This document shows positions 62,786 through 64,000 of a stretch of 64,000 bases of DNA, in pieces. The position numbers were made by a program, and so were the translations under genes. Within the stretch, counting starts at the first letter, position 1. Each line of letters starts with the position of its first letter. The DNA is from Candidatus Woesebacteria bacterium. GTDB taxonomy: Bacteria; Patescibacteriota; Saccharimonadia; Saccharimonadales; EFPC-124. The notes beneath the pieces were generated by a model that was not told the DNA's origin, ran no database searches, and worked only from the letters and a program-made list of their open reading frames with translations. The stretch covers positions 98,673-162,672 of the forward strand of contig JASFQB010000003.1 of assembly GCA_050115675.1 (NCBI GenBank). The letters run 5' to 3'.

Positions 62786-64000
62786 TGAGAATTTTAGATG
62801 TAGTTCAATCAGCAAACCGTAATTTAATGCACTCAAAATTGCGTACTTTTTTAACTATCTCGGCAATTTTTGTAGGCGCTTTTACGCTGTCGCTAACAAA
62901 TGCCTTGGGTGAGGGTGCGCAAAAGTACCTAGAACGTCAGCTGGGCAACGTAACTGCACCAGGTGTGTTTTTTGTTCGGGCTGCAACTGAGAGCAATCCC
63001 TTTTCGAGCGACGAGCCTAAAGAGTACGATCCAAATCAGCGACAAGGCACTGCTAGCCAAGTAAAAATGAACGACGATGACCTAAAAAAGCTACAACAAA
63101 TTGATGGCGTAGAATCCGTACGTCCTTACGTTGTGGCGGGCACGCAGTATATTGTGCGCGATGATCAAGATGCAAAAAAATATTCGCTTTCTGCTGTAAA
63201 TCCCCATATGTCGCTTAAATTAGACCTATCTGCTGGCGAGCTGATACAGGATGATGAAAAAAACGTTGCGGTATTGCCAGAAGAATATCTGTCTGTTCTT
63301 GGTTATGCAAATCCACAAGATGCCATAGGTCAAACTGTTAAAATTGGATACGCAAATGTGCAAGGACAAACAAAAGAACAAAGTGTAAAAATTGTTGGTG
63401 TAATGAAAAAAAGTTTTGTTACGCAAGGCGAGTTTTATGTTGACGACTCATTGCTGCAGCAGATCAATAAAGACCAAGGAACAGACGCAACCAAAAAGTT
63501 TGCAGCTGCAATAGTAAAGTTTAAAGATATAAACCCAGATAGCGAGTCACAACAAAAAGAGCTTTTGACCGCGCCTGGCGACTACGTTGCAGTGTCATTA
63601 AAAGAGCAGATTTCTACAATAAACACTATTGTTGGCGCAATTACCTCTGGGCTTAACATGGTAGGCTTAATCGCATTACTTGCAGCCAGCTTTGGTATAA
63701 TTAATACGCTTTTGATGAGCGTATATGAGCGAACTCAAGAAGTTGGCCTAATGAAAGCTTTAGGGATGCGTCGTCGTGCAGTATTTAGCTTGTTTGCTAT
63801 AGAGGCGATGCTTGTAGGTTTTTGGGGCTCAGTAGTGGCTGTAATTGCAGCTTTGGGCGCAAGTCAGCTTATAAACAATTTTGCTTCACAGAGCTTTTTA
63901 AAGGATTTTGAAGGTTTTACGCTGCTTGTAGTAACTCCGCTTAATACGCTAGTTGTTGTTGGGCTAATAATGCTAATAGCCTTCTTGGCTGGAACCTTAC
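62785..64000 (+). CDS. MacB/FtsX-type ABC permease, 3' end beyond window
   Basis: TAATG overlap with the ATPase gene. Hand translation MRILDVVQSANRNLMHSKLRTFLTISAIFVGAF...ERTQEVGLMKALGMRRR stays open to nt 64000. Confidence 0.8.
   Translation, partial: MRILDVVQSANRNLMHSKLRTFLTISAIFVGAFTLSLTNALGEGAQKYLERQLGNVTAPGVFFVRAATESNPFSSDEPKEYDPNQRQGTASQVKMNDDDLKKLQQIDGVESVRPYVVAGTQYIVRDDQDAKKYSLSAVNPHMSLKLDLSAGELIQDDEKNVAVLPEEYLSVLGYANPQDAIGQTVKIGYANVQGQTKEQSVKIVGVMKKSFVTQGEFYVDDSLLQQINKDQGTDATKKFAAAIVKFKDINPDSESQQKELLTAPGDYVAVSLKEQISTINTIVGAITSGLNMVGLIALLAASFGIINTLLMSVYERTQEVGLMKALGMRRRAVFSLFAIEAMLVGFWGSVVAVIAALGASQLINNFASQSFLKDFEGFTLLVVTPLNTLVVVGLIMLIAFLAGTL

Overview
Hand analysis only; all coordinates and motifs were read from the sequence and ORF track, and no searches were run. 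The window looks like a small-genome, moderate/low-GC bacterium. The gene content suggests a Patescibacteria/CPR, Saccharibacteria-like organism (inference). That content is sparse housekeeping, MurE/FemAB wall genes, and a Gram-positive-style type IV secretion (T4SS) locus with six tandem small pilin paralogs. Layout: (1) 1-19.3 kb is the T4SS locus (VirB4-like, PrgI-like, VirB6/TrbL-like, 6 pilins). It is interrupted at 5455-12355 by a 6.9 kb IS1595-family transposon with 24-bp inverted repeats and a perfect 8-bp target duplication. The transposon carries a replication-relaxation gene, a hydrolase, an XRE module and a three-gene AAA-ATPase/Toprim-like/unknown operon. (2) 19.4-47.8 kb is housekeeping: hsp20, comF, valS, tsaD, murE, femAB-like, GT4, two phosphohexomutases, groES/groEL with a CIRCE operator, rlmH, HIT, and 4 of the window's 5 tRNAs (the fifth, tRNA-Ser GGA, is at 61.6 kb). 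This stretch is punctuated by five short, strikingly GC-rich orphan-gene islets, each with a local TTGACA-17-TATAAT-type promoter and a GC-rich hairpin terminator. (3) 47.9-59.2 kb is an accessory, defence-type island. It holds DinJ/RelE-YafQ, thermonuclease-excalibur, an AbiEi/AbiEii-like pair, RHH plus a frameshifted PIN, a MoaA-like radical SAM gene next to a CYTH gene, a GreA-like protein and a zinc-ribbon protein. The island is organised around repeated XRE regulator modules (a 310-bp perfect direct repeat and a 48-bp junction repeat) and a recurrent ~150-aa protein family. That family sits three times in the window between an XRE gene and a different cargo. (4) 59.2-64 kb holds two MacB-type ABC exporter pairs and tRNA-Ser(GGA). 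Best candidates for something undescribed: the recurrent XRE + small-protein head with swappable cargo, the radical-SAM/CYTH pair, and the transposon-borne ATPase/Toprim-like/third-gene operon.
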